From NCBI GenBank assembly GCA_964491875.1, contig CAZBIC010000015.1:57856-121855 (forward strand): a DNA stretch of 64,000 nt, in the 5' to 3' direction. A model generated the notes under the pieces. That model did not search any database, had not been told where the DNA came from, and saw nothing but the letters and a program-made list of their open reading frames with translations. Shown piece by piece: positions 18,771 to 29,570 of the stretch. The DNA comes from an uncultured Bifidobacterium sp. (GTDB lineage: Bacteria; Verrucomicrobiota; Verrucomicrobiia; Limisphaerales; JADJPG01). The position numbers and the translations under genes were made by a program. How positions within the stretch are numbered: position 1 is the first letter of the stretch; each line of letters starts with the position of its first letter.

Positions 18771-20882
18771 CTACTGCGCGCCGCCGGGGGAGTTGACCGT
18801 CAACACGGCGATCGCACTGATGCGTCCCACCGGGAGCGCTGCATTCCGACAAATCACCCGATACTGACCTGCGTCGTTTGTGCGCACGTCCGTCAGGGTG
18901 AAGGTGGCAGTCGCCGAATTAACGGTGTTGCTCGCGAGCGAAACAAAGCCCCGTCTCCACTCGAAGCCAAACGGAAGTGGATTCCCTGTCACCGACACCG
19001 TGAATGTCACGCTATCGCCCACGTTCACGGTTTGGGATACCGGCTGCAAAACGAACACCGGCGGAATGGCCACCGCGAGCTGGGCCGGTCGACTTTCGAC
19101 TGAACCATTCGCGTCGGAAACCACAACCGAGTAGGCTCCCTCCAGTTCCATCGAGACAGGCCCCACCGACAGCGTCGCACCCATCGCACCGTCCAGCGCA
19201 ACACCGTTCTTCCTCCACTGATAACTCAGCTGTCCCCCTCCCACAGCATCGACGCTGAACTGAGCCACGCCGTTCGAGGCGACCAATTGATTCGTCGGAT
19301 GCCGCGTGATCACCGGTGCCGTCAACGCCGTCAACTCAGCCGCATCGCTCGTCGCCGCGTCCCGATAATCCGCCACCACCGCGTGGTAGCTTCCAACGTC
19401 GGCCGGCTTCACCTCCGGAATGGTCAACGTCGCGTTCGTCGCTCCAATCACCCGGCGGTTCCCACGATACCATTGATACCGCAGCGGACCGGAACCGCGC
19501 GCTGAAATCTGAAACGTCGCCGAGTTTCCGGCAAAGACCGTCGCAGGCCGGGGCTGGGAAGTGATGCTGAGTCCGCTCGTGCGGAGCCGGAAGAAACCGG
19601 CGTCGGGCGTGACTTGAAGATCAAAAGTGAAACTGAGCAACTCGCCGTGGTTCACCACTCCATCGCTCACCCGATGCCACACGGGAGCCAGCGCATCATC
19701 TGAATACTCCAGAAAGAAACCGTCGGACGCCGCCGGCCACCACACCGTCATCAACGAGCCATTGCGCGTCACTGTGATGGGCGGCTGGAGCATCTTCAAT
19801 TCAGGCATGAAATAGGAATCCGGAATCGGCGGCAGACCAAGCAAGGCGAGAGCGAGATTGCCACCATCACCTCCGCGAATGGGCTGCGGCGTCACCGCGT
19901 AATCCGCGCGGTTCGTCCCCGGATCCCCGCGATTGGTGAAGAGCGAATACAGATCCGCGCCCGGCGTCACTTCCGGTCCCCAAAGGAAAAACGGAATCGT
20001 GTAATTCATGATGTGATACGACTCCGTGTGCGCATTGGGAATCACTCCGCCTCCGCCGTGATCCGCGGCGATGATCACCGCCGTCTTGCCGTCCAGCAGT
20101 GGATTCGCGCGAATCGCATCGAGCACTCTGCCCACCTGAAAATCCACCAGCCGCACCGCATTACTCCAGTTCACACTGCCCCAGCCGGAGGCGTGTCCCG
20201 TCAAATCCGGCTCGGCAATATGAATGAAGCTGTATTGTTTCGGCTCCGCGCCGCTCAAATTAGCGATGAGCTCGTTCACCTCGTTGGAGATGCTCGCGCC
20301 GGAAATGTCCGCGATGGCGGCAAAATCAATTTTATCCCGCCCATCATCTTCACCGAACAAATCGAACGCTCCGTTGAACTCGTTGTAACTCCGGTCACAA
20401 ATGGCGAGCCGGGTCTTGCCTGTGTAAAGAGCCGTGGCCAACCCATGATCATGCGCCACATCGAAGAAGCTCGCCTTGTACGCAACGTTTGAATTGCCCG
20501 AGTTGTGGAACGTGTCATTCGCCCCGGGGAAGTTATTGCTGTAGCCGTGATGCGCCGTCGCTGGCGCGTCAGCAGGACGCGAAACCGGCCGCGCCGTAAA
20601 CATCGTCGCATGATTCGGAACCGTCTCCGAGAAGTCATAGTCGCATCGCGCGTTCATCGTGAACGCGCCTTCGTTCATCAGCCGGACGAAGTTCGGGAAC
20701 TGGTCCGGCGCATTCGTGACGTAGAATTCGAGATACTTCGCGCCCAGGCCGTCCAGACTCATGTGGACCACATGCGAAACCGTCGCCGCGTGACCCGCGC
20801 CGAACAAACACGCAAGGGCGAGAACTCCACGCGCGAAGAATTTCCAAAGGGTCGAACCAGGAAAGGGAGGATGATGCTTCAT
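18771..20882 (-). CDS. Secreted alkaline phosphatase-superfamily protein with three C-terminal Ig-like domains
   Basis: SLDGL, TVPNH, PDLTGH and ADHGG motifs; Ig repeats (ITSQP..YQW..D.GSY). Start codon uncertain. Confidence 0.85.
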   Translation of the reverse strand: MKHHPPFPGSTLWKFFARGVLALACLFGAGHAATVSHVVHMSLDGLGAKYLEFYVTNAPDQFPNFVRLMNEGAFTMNARCDYDFSETVPNHATMFTARPVSRPADAPATAHHGYSNNFPGANDTFHNSGNSNVAYKASFFDVAHDHGLATALYTGKTRLAICDRSYNEFNGAFDLFGEDDGRDKIDFAAIADISGASISNEVNELIANLSGAEPKQYSFIHIAEPDLTGHASGWGSVNWSNAVRLVDFQVGRVLDAIRANPLLDGKTAVIIAADHGGGGVIPNAHTESYHIMNYTIPFFLWGPEVTPGADLYSLFTNRGDPGTNRADYAVTPQPIRGGDGGNLALALLGLPPIPDSYFMPELKMLQPPITVTRNGSLMTVWWPAASDGFFLEYSDDALAPVWHRVSDGVVNHGELLSFTFDLQVTPDAGFFRLRTSGLSITSQPRPATVFAGNSATFQISARGSGPLRYQWYRGNRRVIGATNATLTIPEVKPADVGSYHAVVADYRDAATSDAAELTALTAPVITRHPTNQLVASNGVAQFSVDAVGGGQLSYQWRKNGVALDGAMGATLSVGPVSMELEGAYSVVVSDANGSVESRPAQLAVAIPPVFVLQPVSQTVNVGDSVTFTVSVTGNPLPFGFEWRRGFVSLASNTVNSATATFTLTDVRTNDAGQYRVICRNAALPVGRISAIAVLTVNSPGGAQ

Positions 20883-21059
20883 ACGGCAGATCAGTGTGCG
20901 TGAAGTGACCAATCCGTGAGGGAGCAGGTTACAACCTTGCGACAGAAATGCGAGAATTGAGCTGTAAAATCAGGCCAAGAACGACACCCAGCCCGCTGGA
21001 TTAAGAGAGGATTAAGGCCGCATTAAGCGACAATGAAGAAACAGCTTCTTGCCCAGCCA

Positions 21060-23792
21060 TCACTTCGGCGATCTGGCGAGGATGGCTTTCACCTGCTCCT
21101 CCGCCCGGGCCTTCTGTTCGGCGGTCAACTTTTTCTCCATCGACTCTTTCAGCGGCAGCGACTGCTGGTGCCCGCGGGTCGCCGCCAGCGAGATCCACTT
21201 GTAAGCCTCCACTGGATCCGCCGCCACACCGTCGCCATCCGCGTAGCACAATCCCAGCGCGTGTTCCGCCTGCGGCTCGCGTTGCTCGGCCGCCTTGCGA
21301 TACCACTTCACCGCCTCGACGGCGCTCTTAGCCACCCCCTGCCCCGACTCGTAGAGATTGCCCAAATTGAACTGGGCGGAAGCGTGTCCCTGATCCGCCG
21401 CCTTGCGGAACCACTGGGCGGCCTCCGCAAAATCCTGTTTCACCCCGTTCCCCGTATCGAGCAACACGCCGAGATTGAACTGCGCCATCAACTCACCCTG
21501 CACCGCCGCTTTCCGAAACCAAACCGCAGCCTCAGTGAAATTGGTCACGCCCGGACGCGTCAGCAGAACCGCATAATGATACTGGGCTTTCGCATGGCCG
21601 CGATCCGCCGCCTTACGAAACCAGGCTTGCGCCTCCTCGACCGATGCGGGAACTCCCCGTCCCTGCTCGCACAATGTTCCCAGATTATACTGCGCGACCG
21701 CATCACCCTGTACCGCCGCCCGGCGAAACCACTTCGCCGCCTCGGCAAAATCCTGCGCCAGCTGCCGGCCCTGCACGTGCAGCGTGCCGAGCTTGAGCTG
21801 GCTCTCCGCCATGCCCTGCTCCGCCGCCTTTCGATACCACACCACCGCCTGCACCAAGTCCGCCGGCACGCCGCTGCCGGATTCATAGATCACTCCAAGA
21901 TTATGCTGCGCTTGCGCCACGCCTTTCTCCGCCAGCGGCCGGAACCATTTCATCGCCTGCGCGAAATCCTTCGCCACGCCCTGACCCGACGCATAGTCAA
22001 ACGCGAGGTTCAATTGAGCCTGCAAATTGCCCTGCTCCGCCGCCTTGCGATACCACGCCACCGCCTGCGCAACGTCCTTCGCCACGCCCCGGCCCTGCGC
22101 AAGCAGGCTTCCGAAACGCAACTGCGCCTCGGCGTTCCCATGCTCAGCCGAGAGTCGAAACCACTTGGCCGCCTCGCCTGGATTGGCAGGCACTCCGGTC
22201 GCTCCGCGCTCCAGCAGCAAGCCGAGATTCAGCTGCGCGACCGGTTCATCGCGATCTGCCGCGAAACGAAACCAGCGGGCGGCATCGGTTGCATTTGTCG
22301 CCGTGCCCTGTCCCTTCAAGGTCATCAGTCCCACCTGGACTTGCGAGGCGACGATTCCCTGGCTGGCTGCTTTGCGATGCCACTTAAACGCCTCCGCGTC
22401 GTTCTTCGGAACTCCCCGACCTTCGGCGAACGCACTGCCCAACTGGCTTTGGGCCACGATGTGACCCTGCTCCGCCGCCAGCCGGAACCATTTGGTCGCC
22501 TCGGCAAAATCTTGGTTCACGCCCACGCCCATCAGGTACGCCTGACCGAGTTTCAACTGCGCTTCAGGATGTCCGTTGGTCGCCGCGGACCGATACCATT
22601 TCGTCGCCTCAGTAAAATCAATCGGGACGCCATCGCCTCGTGAATGCGCGAATCCGAGCCGGTAACGATCCTCCAGATCCCCTCGGGCGGCATTACGCTG
22701 CCAGCCGGCGATCAACTGCGGCTTGTTCATCCGCGCGACCAGTTCGTCCAGTGCGGATTCAGCCTCGGTCCGGCCTCCAGCCAGCGACGCGCTGAACCAC
22801 AGGTAAGCCTCCGGCAAATCCTCCGCGACACCCGGCGCGCCCGCCGAAAGGATCTGCGCAAGCGTCCACTGCGAATTCAAATCTCCGCGCTGCGCCGCTT
22901 GTCGAAACCATTTCACCGCCTCCACTGGATCCGCTTTGCCCGTCGCGCCGTTCATCAAGAGCATCGCGAGATTATATTGCGCGGAAGAATCCCCGAGCTC
23001 AGCTGCGATCCGAAACCATTTGGCGCTCTCCGCATAATCCTGCGTCACACCGGCGCCCTGCACGTAGAAGACGGCGAGATTGAAGGCCGCCGCGGCGTTG
23101 GTCTGCTCAGCCGCGCGCCGCAACCATTCGACCGACTTCGCCATGTCTTTCGGCACCTCGCGACCGGCGGCATACATCATGCCCAGCTTGAATTGCGCAG
23201 TAGAATCTCCCTTTTCCGCCGCCGCGACTGCGGCATCCAATGCCGCGTTCACCGGAGGCTTTGGAACCGCGGGTGGCGGCTGCGCTGGTAAACCCGCAGG
23301 AGGCTTCGGCGCAGTGACGACGGCGTTGGTTGCCGCGTTCGGGACATTTGTCTTTGCAATCGTCGGCGCGGCGGGAGCAGCGGCTGAAGCGTCTGGGGAG
23401 ACATTTGCGACCGGAGCGGCGTTGGTCAACCGGGCGATGTTCGTGATCGCGGGGAGAGGCGGTTTCGGGACGGCTTGCGCACCGACAGCAGGAGCCGGCG
23501 GAAGCGGAGCAGGCGTTGCCGGCGGTTTGACGACCGGAGTCGGAGCCGCAGGCGCTGGCGTCGGAGCGGGATTGGTTTGCGCGGTTGATCTGGTACCTGC
23601 GAGCGCGAGGAATAAGGCGAGCAGGCTCAGGCTGGCGCTGACCCGGAAGCACTCCGCTCCCAGTCGCTTCACAAAGCAGTTTCGGCTCGCGCGGCAAACG
23701 ATCATCTCACCTGTGTTCGGTGTTTTCGGGGCGAACGTCAATGGCTCATTGCAGGAAGCCTTGCGCGTCCGCGGCACAACATTTCTGCCCAC
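21060..23792 (-). CDS. Sel1-repeat protein with signal/TM segment and Pro/Ala-rich linker
   Basis: About 18 repeats of A..WFRKAAEQG...AQ.NLG..Y..G.GV. True start probably lies downstream of 23792. Confidence 0.9.
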   Translation of the reverse strand: MGRNVVPRTRKASCNEPLTFAPKTPNTGEMIVCRASRNCFVKRLGAECFRVSASLSLLALFLALAGTRSTAQTNPAPTPAPAAPTPVVKPPATPAPLPPAPAVGAQAVPKPPLPAITNIARLTNAAPVANVSPDASAAAPAAPTIAKTNVPNAATNAVVTAPKPPAGLPAQPPPAVPKPPVNAALDAAVAAAEKGDSTAQFKLGMMYAAGREVPKDMAKSVEWLRRAAEQTNAAAAFNLAVFYVQGAGVTQDYAESAKWFRIAAELGDSSAQYNLAMLLMNGATGKADPVEAVKWFRQAAQRGDLNSQWTLAQILSAGAPGVAEDLPEAYLWFSASLAGGRTEAESALDELVARMNKPQLIAGWQRNAARGDLEDRYRLGFAHSRGDGVPIDFTEATKWYRSAATNGHPEAQLKLGQAYLMGVGVNQDFAEATKWFRLAAEQGHIVAQSQLGSAFAEGRGVPKNDAEAFKWHRKAASQGIVASQVQVGLMTLKGQGTATNATDAARWFRFAADRDEPVAQLNLGLLLERGATGVPANPGEAAKWFRLSAEHGNAEAQLRFGSLLAQGRGVAKDVAQAVAWYRKAAEQGNLQAQLNLAFDYASGQGVAKDFAQAMKWFRPLAEKGVAQAQHNLGVIYESGSGVPADLVQAVVWYRKAAEQGMAESQLKLGTLHVQGRQLAQDFAEAAKWFRRAAVQGDAVAQYNLGTLCEQGRGVPASVEEAQAWFRKAADRGHAKAQYHYAVLLTRPGVTNFTEAAVWFRKAAVQGELMAQFNLGVLLDTGNGVKQDFAEAAQWFRKAADQGHASAQFNLGNLYESGQGVAKSAVEAVKWYRKAAEQREPQAEHALGLCYADGDGVAADPVEAYKWISLAATRGHQQSLPLKESMEKKLTAEQKARAEEQVKAILARSPK

Positions 23793-23801
23793 GAACGAAT
23801 T

Positions 23802-25340
23802 TCAGTGCTCCGCGGCATCGGCCTTCGGTTCCGGCAACCAGCGCGTGAGGATCGCACCAATCAACGCATACCCACCGGCCACGCAGGCGCCCACGATGGC
23901 GATGCGCGCTGGATCGGGCTTGTCGGAAGCGGAGAGCGTAATCGTCAGCCACGCCGCCGCCGTGCCGATGACGCGCCCACCAATGTTCGCCGCGAAGCTT
24001 TCACCAGTGCCACGCAAGTGAACAGGGAACACGAGAGGGATGTAATTTCCCCAGAAGCTGAATTGCGCGACCGTCAGCAACCCCGCGACGAAGATGCCTG
24101 CCTTGATGAGCATCAGGCTGTCGACATTCGGCAACGCGGTGCCAATCCACCAGAACAGAAACGGCACATAAAACAGCGCGGGGATCTGGAAGACTCTCAG
24201 CAACGTACGGCGGCTCAGGATGCGCACCGCCAGGAAGGCGAGGATGACACGACCGGTGAGGCCACCGATCTCCTGCCAGAAGCTCACGTTCGCCACCGCC
24301 GCATCGCTGGCATTGCCGGCCGCCTGGCGGCGAAGTTTCTCGGCCGCAGGAGCGGGCTGGCCTTTCGCAATCGCATCCTCCGCCGCGGTTTTTCCCGCCG
24401 CTTTGGCAGTCGCGATGATCGCCACATGCCCACCCTCAGCCGGCGTCCCGAGACGCTGCGCACCGATGATTTGTGGCAATTGCTGAATCGCGCCAAACGC
24501 GATCCCGTAACTCGCCGCAAACACCAGCGTCGTGGCGATCGTCGTGCGACGCAGTTCCGGACTGAAGAGTTCCGCAATGCTCGGACGACGCAATTTGCCC
24601 GACGCCTTCTTCTGAGCCCACACCGGCGACTCCGGCAAGAACGGGCGGATGAGGATCAAGGGCAACGCGGGAACAACACCGGAGATGAGGGTGTAGCGCC
24701 ACGCTTCATGCACGCCGTGAATCGCGGGCAGTGAGAGCGCCCATTTGGCGGCGAGAATGTTCGCCGCAGCGACCAGCAGACCACCAATCGAGGAAAATGC
24801 CTGAGTGTAACCAAGCACCTGTTCGCGCTGCCGAGGATTCGCAAAGATCTCCGCCAACCACGCGACGGCGGCCACGAACTCCACGCACACGCCAATGAAG
24901 ACAAGGCAGCGAAAGAACAAGAGTTGCGGAAGTGTAGTCGCGAATCCTGCAGCGCACGCGGCGAACGCGTAGAGAAGGATACTGAAGGTCAGCACGCGAC
25001 GCCGACCCAGAAGGTCCGTCAGGTAGCCACCCAATAATCCAAATACGCCGCCCGCCAGTGCTGGAACAAAGAACAACAAGCGCGCCCATTGCACGTAGTT
25101 CTTGCCACCCGGCGCCCACGAGGCAGCGGCGTCGGCCTGAGGCATTCCACCCGCCACCAATTCCTGCACCAGCGGCGCACTGAGGGCGGCGATGGCGGGC
25201 TTGATGATGAGCGGCAGCATCAGCAGTTCGTAGATGTCGAACGCGAATCCGATGGAGGCAATGATGCAAATGAGCCACTGCGTCGAAGTCAGGCGGCTGG
25301 CAGCCGGAGGCGCGGAATTCATGGACGAAATGTTTGTCAC
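23802..25340 (-). CDS. MFS transporter
   Basis: GYLTDLLGRRRVL motif A, LPESP and FPVHLRGTG motifs; 12 TM segments. Confidence 0.9.
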   Translation of the reverse strand: MTNISSMNSAPPAASRLTSTQWLICIIASIGFAFDIYELLMLPLIIKPAIAALSAPLVQELVAGGMPQADAAASWAPGGKNYVQWARLLFFVPALAGGVFGLLGGYLTDLLGRRRVLTFSILLYAFAACAAGFATTLPQLLFFRCLVFIGVCVEFVAAVAWLAEIFANPRQREQVLGYTQAFSSIGGLLVAAANILAAKWALSLPAIHGVHEAWRYTLISGVVPALPLILIRPFLPESPVWAQKKASGKLRRPSIAELFSPELRRTTIATTLVFAASYGIAFGAIQQLPQIIGAQRLGTPAEGGHVAIIATAKAAGKTAAEDAIAKGQPAPAAEKLRRQAAGNASDAAVANVSFWQEIGGLTGRVILAFLAVRILSRRTLLRVFQIPALFYVPFLFWWIGTALPNVDSLMLIKAGIFVAGLLTVAQFSFWGNYIPLVFPVHLRGTGESFAANIGGRVIGTAAAWLTITLSASDKPDPARIAIVGACVAGGYALIGAILTRWLPEPKADAAEH

Positions 25341-25674
25341 CCGGCCCGGACATCGACAAGCAATTTATACGTGTTCGTATCAAAATGGATTCCATCGCTC
25401 CGGCCCATGCGAATTCGGTCTCTTTGACGGAATCGCAGTCTTGATTCCAGTCGTGTCCATCCACTTCCTTTCCGTGTGCCAACGCGGGCGTCCCAATATC
25501 AGGCAGACTGGCAGAACTAAGAAACGACGGAGCGAATCCTTCTCAATCCGTGGGCGGCTCACCGACACTCCTGAGCGCCTCCGTCCGACACATTTGCAGG
25601 GGATCTCCTCGATCGCGATGCCCGCCCGTTGACGGACTTCTCACCGCTGCGAACCGGAGTTCCGTCGCCAGCCA

Positions 25675-25690
25675 TGGAATCCAGTTTGCT
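25675..25690 (+). promoter_or_regulatory. Sigma-54 promoter of the HAF-repeat gene
   Basis: TGGAATCCAGTTTGCT with correct GG-N10-GC spacing, about 25 nt before the ATG. Confidence 0.55.
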
Positions 25691-25714
25691 TAATGGTCAT
25701 AGAAAGTTCGTCTT

Positions 25715-27997
25715 ATGAAAAAGAACCATCCATGGCAAACCACACCTGACCTTACCGCTCATTGCCGGTTGTTCCTGACGCTCCTCGCCGGGGGCAGCAC
25801 GGCATTCACCCTCCAGGCCGCGACCATCGAAAACATCGTGGCGCCGGGTACACCGTTCTCCATCACGGCCCTGAACTCCGCAGGGCAGACCGCTGGTTAC
25901 TACTCACTTTCCGAGTTTGCTCAACGCGCCTTCATCTGGGAAAACGGCGCGGCGACAGACCTCGGCACGCTTGGAGGCAGTTTCTCCATCGCCAATGGCC
26001 TGAACAGCGCGGGAACTACGGTCGGCTTTTCCGCCGCTCTGTCAGACAGCGAGTTTCACGCCTTCAGCTACGCGGGCGCGGGACTGGTCGATTTGGAAAC
26101 GCTGGGCGGCTCGTTCAGCTCCGCTGTAGCGGTCAGCGATAGTGGTTACATCACCGGTGATTCCAACCTCCGGATCGATTCCTCCATCTTTCATGCGTTC
26201 GTCATCAGGCCCGACGGCACGATTCTGGACCTTGGAACGCTGGGAGGAACGTCGAGCTCCGCCTACGGCGTAAACAACTCCGGCTGGGTGGTCGGCAGCT
26301 CGACCGTTGCCGACAACTCGTCGCTCCACGCGTTTCTGCACAACGGAACCTCCATGCTCGATCTCGACACGCTCGGTGGTTCCGCCAGCGTGGCAGTGGA
26401 CGTGAACGACCTCGGACAAGTCACCGGCGATTCAACCACAGCGGAAGAACAGAACCGGGCCTTCCTCTACTCAGACGGTACCATGGTTAATCTGGGAACG
26501 CTCGGAGGAACCTACAGCACTGCCGTAGCGCTGAACGAGAGCGGTGTGGTAATCGGAAACTCCACCACCGCCGATGACGCGGAGACCCACGCATTCGTGT
26601 ATCAGAACGGAGTTATGATTGACCTGGGCTCACTAGGCGGCGGTTCGAGCAGCGCGAAGGCTATCAACAACCGCGGGCAAGTCGTCGGCAACTCCGCTGA
26701 TGCCAACGCACAAACTCGGGCATTTGTTTGGGAGAACGGCGTCATGACTGATCTGAATTCTCTCCTGCCAGTCGACAGCGGCTGGGAACTCACCAGCGCG
26801 CGCTTCATTAACGATCGCCAGCAAGTGGTCGGCGAAGGACTCTACCAAGGCCAGAGCTCGTGGTATCTGCTCACCCTCAGCTCCGGACAGGAGGAAAACC
26901 ACCCGCCCGTCGCGAAGGCGGGCGATGACCAGACCCTCATGTGCAATGGCCTCGCCCATCTCGACGGCTCTGCGTCAAGCGATCCGGACGGCGACACCCT
27001 GTCGTTCGAATGGCGCAAAGGCGACGTGGTGCTGGGTAATAACGCGGTCATCGATCTCGAGATGTCGCCGGGGTCTCACACCCTGACCTTGGTCGTCACC
27101 GACGCACGCGGACTTTCCGCTGAAGACAGCGTCGTTGTCACCGTCACCACCGATAAGGTGGCGCCGGTCGTGGTTTGTCTGGACGGGAAGACAGCCCCGG
27201 CCAACCATCGTGGCCGCGCGGTGGTCCCGGACTTCCTCACCGACCTCAAGGTCTCCGACAATTGCACAGCCGCCTCGGCGCTGGTGAAACGGCAAAGCCC
27301 ATCCGCGGGCACAACGGTGAAGTTGGGGACGCATGTCGTCACCGTCACCGTGACAGACGCTTCCGGTAACGTCGCGACTTGTTCCACTACTTTCGCGGTG
27401 GTGGATACCACGTCGCCAGTCGTGCGTTATCCGGAAGAAGTCTTCCGCCGTGCTCGCACCGACTGCCAGGCGGCTGTCCCCGACCTCACACGTCGCGTCA
27501 ACGCGACTGACAACGTCACCCCGTCGAATCAACTGGACCTGACCCAGGACCCCGCTGCCGACACGTTGGTCGACGTCGGAACTCACACCGTCCGCGTGAC
27601 CGTGACGGATCTCGCCGGAAACGCCACCGTCTGCGAAATCAAACTCATCGTTGCCGACGTGGTTGCGCCCGTCGTAAAATCGGTTTCAGCCAGCTCAAGT
27701 GTTCTGACTCCAGTGGACGGACGCATGGTTCCCATCACCATCACCGTGGATGCGAAGGACAACTGCGACCCGAGCCCCAAGGCCAAAATCATCTCTGTGG
27801 TCAGCAGCCAGCCGACCACGGGACCGAACGACACTACGACTCCGGACTGGGTGGTCACCGGTGACCTCAGCCTGGAACTCCGGGCCGAGAACTCCGCGAC
27901 AAGAACCGCACGCGTCTACTTTGTGCTCGTGGCCGTTTCGGATGAATCCGGAAACACGACCTATCGCGCAGTCTGGATTCGCGTGCCGAGAAGCTGA
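25715..27997 (+). CDS. Extracellular HAF-repeat protein with PKD and HYR-like domains
   Basis: About 7 DLGTLGG/HAF repeats, PPVAKAGDDQ/DGSASSDPDGD (PKD) and two V.DNC/T...VTDA.GN (HYR-like) units. Confidence 0.88.
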   Translation: MKKNHPWQTTPDLTAHCRLFLTLLAGGSTAFTLQAATIENIVAPGTPFSITALNSAGQTAGYYSLSEFAQRAFIWENGAATDLGTLGGSFSIANGLNSAGTTVGFSAALSDSEFHAFSYAGAGLVDLETLGGSFSSAVAVSDSGYITGDSNLRIDSSIFHAFVIRPDGTILDLGTLGGTSSSAYGVNNSGWVVGSSTVADNSSLHAFLHNGTSMLDLDTLGGSASVAVDVNDLGQVTGDSTTAEEQNRAFLYSDGTMVNLGTLGGTYSTAVALNESGVVIGNSTTADDAETHAFVYQNGVMIDLGSLGGGSSSAKAINNRGQVVGNSADANAQTRAFVWENGVMTDLNSLLPVDSGWELTSARFINDRQQVVGEGLYQGQSSWYLLTLSSGQEENHPPVAKAGDDQTLMCNGLAHLDGSASSDPDGDTLSFEWRKGDVVLGNNAVIDLEMSPGSHTLTLVVTDARGLSAEDSVVVTVTTDKVAPVVVCLDGKTAPANHRGRAVVPDFLTDLKVSDNCTAASALVKRQSPSAGTTVKLGTHVVTVTVTDASGNVATCSTTFAVVDTTSPVVRYPEEVFRRARTDCQAAVPDLTRRVNATDNVTPSNQLDLTQDPAADTLVDVGTHTVRVTVTDLAGNATVCEIKLIVADVVAPVVKSVSASSSVLTPVDGRMVPITITVDAKDNCDPSPKAKIISVVSSQPTTGPNDTTTPDWVVTGDLSLELRAENSATRTARVYFVLVAVSDESGNTTYRAVWIRVPRS

Positions 27998-28024
27998 CGC
28001 GCAGCGCGATTGAAACGAACCAAT

Positions 28025-28064
28025 AAAAGATTCAGCCCTCCGAATTGGAGGGCTGAAGTCTTTT
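28025..28064. terminator. Bidirectional intrinsic terminator
   Basis: ttcagccctcc-gaatt-ggagggctgaa flanked by A and T tracts between convergent genes. Confidence 0.8.
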
Positions 28065-28098
28065 CGGACCTGAAAAAGAGCGACTCGATGAAGGACAA

Positions 28099-28416
28099 TC
28101 AAACCGCTTCCGCGCGATCTTCCCCGACATCCGCCAGCGAAATGATCGTGGTATCTCCCAGCGGCGCGCCCGGAGTTTCCAGAGCCTTCTTGAAGGAAGT
28201 CGTCTCGTCTGCCCGGCGCTTCAATCGAAACTCTCCTTCCGGACTTCGTTCCACCCAACCTTCGATCTCCATGCGGCGCAGAATCGCCTGCACCCAGTTG
28301 GGATCGCGACAAAAGTCCTCCTCCTCGCCGCCGCGCAGGACAATCTCTTCCAACGACACAAAACGGTGAGGACACCTCTTGAGGAACTCGAACAAGTGAG
28401 ATTCTTCGTTGCTCAT
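28099..28416 (-). CDS. Small hypothetical protein, possible winged helix
   Basis: MSNEESHLFEFLK...WVQAILRRMEIEGWVERSPEGEFRL has a wHTH-like helix-plus-wing pattern. Confidence 0.65.
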   Translation of the reverse strand: MSNEESHLFEFLKRCPHRFVSLEEIVLRGGEEEDFCRDPNWVQAILRRMEIEGWVERSPEGEFRLKRRADETTSFKKALETPGAPLGDTTIISLADVGEDRAEAV

Positions 28417-28615
28417 AAATACGACATCATTGATCAACAATAGTTTTGTTTCCGCAGTGCCGGCCTGATCACTGAAGTCACCGTTCGCCTGTCCTCTGTC
28501 CACTTCCTGAGCACTGGCTCACTATGACTGGGACAACATTTCCGACACTGCGAAGCGGAAACCCGCATGGCAGCCTGCCAGTGGGCATTTCAGCAACAAC
28601 CGACAATTCGCAATT

Positions 28616-28631
28616 GGCAAGTGGGATGCCA
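28616..28631 (-). promoter_or_regulatory. Sigma-54 promoter-like site
   Basis: Minus strand TGGCATCCCACTTGCC, a near-consensus -24/-12 element. Confidence 0.55.
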
Positions 28632-28682
28632 GCTGACGAATCTGGCAGCAACTTCCGTAGGGGAACTGTAGCGGGGGAACAT

Positions 28683-29570
28683 TTAAACGTCGCAGATGGT
28701 CACGCCTTGCTTGAGCGAAGCGATGACATCCGAGCGCTTGGGAATGAACTCCTGAGCCACGTGCCCCTTATAGCCGGTCTCGACAATCGCCTTCATGATC
28801 GCCGGATAGTTTAGCTCCTGCGAATCGTCGATCTCATTACGACCCGGCACGCCGCCGGTGTGGTAGTGGGCGATGTAAGGATGGCTCTTCTTGATGGTCG
28901 CGATCACGTCGCCCTCCATGATCTGCATGTGGTAGATGTCGTAGAGCAGTTTGAAGTGGTCCGAGCCCACCTTCTTGCAAAGGTCCACGCCCCACGCCGT
29001 GTGGTCGCACATGTAGTCAGGATGATTCACCTTGCTGTTCAGCAACTCCATCACCGCGACCACATTGTTCTTCTCGCAAACGGGCATGATGCGCTTCAGG
29101 CCAATCGCGCAATTCTCCATGCCCTTCTCGTCAGACATTCCCTTCCGGTTTCCCGAGAAGCAGATGATGTTCTTGAAGCCGGCCGCAGCGACCTTGGGCG
29201 CGTATTCTTCGTAGAACGCCACAATCTTATCATGGTTCTCGATACGGTTCAGCCCTTGAGTGATGCCGCCGGGAACTCCGCTCACCATCGCGCAGCTCAG
29301 CCCGTATTTCTTGAGCGTCGGAAAATCGCCGATCTCCAGCAGCTCAATCGACGAGAGGCCCATCTCCTTGCCGGCCTTGCACAAATCCTCAAGGCTCACC
29401 TTCGGATAGCACCATTTGCAGACCGAGTGATTGATGCGGCCCTTCAGCGAAGCGCCTGCCGCAGCATCCGCGGCCATCAAACGCTGACCGAGTGAGGTCG
29501 CGAGGGCAGCCGACGCCGCGCCTCCGGCAATGCGACCAAGGGCGGACCGGCGAGTAAGGGAAGTGTTCAT
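28683..29570 (-). CDS. Tat-exported hydroxypyruvate isomerase/xylose-isomerase-like TIM-barrel protein
   Basis: TRRSALG Tat signal; MELLNSKVNH, LLYDIYHMQIMEG, HTGGVPGRNE and QEF motifs. Confidence 0.88.
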   Translation of the reverse strand: MNTSLTRRSALGRIAGGAASAALATSLGQRLMAADAAAGASLKGRINHSVCKWCYPKVSLEDLCKAGKEMGLSSIELLEIGDFPTLKKYGLSCAMVSGVPGGITQGLNRIENHDKIVAFYEEYAPKVAAAGFKNIICFSGNRKGMSDEKGMENCAIGLKRIMPVCEKNNVVAVMELLNSKVNHPDYMCDHTAWGVDLCKKVGSDHFKLLYDIYHMQIMEGDVIATIKKSHPYIAHYHTGGVPGRNEIDDSQELNYPAIMKAIVETGYKGHVAQEFIPKRSDVIASLKQGVTICDV

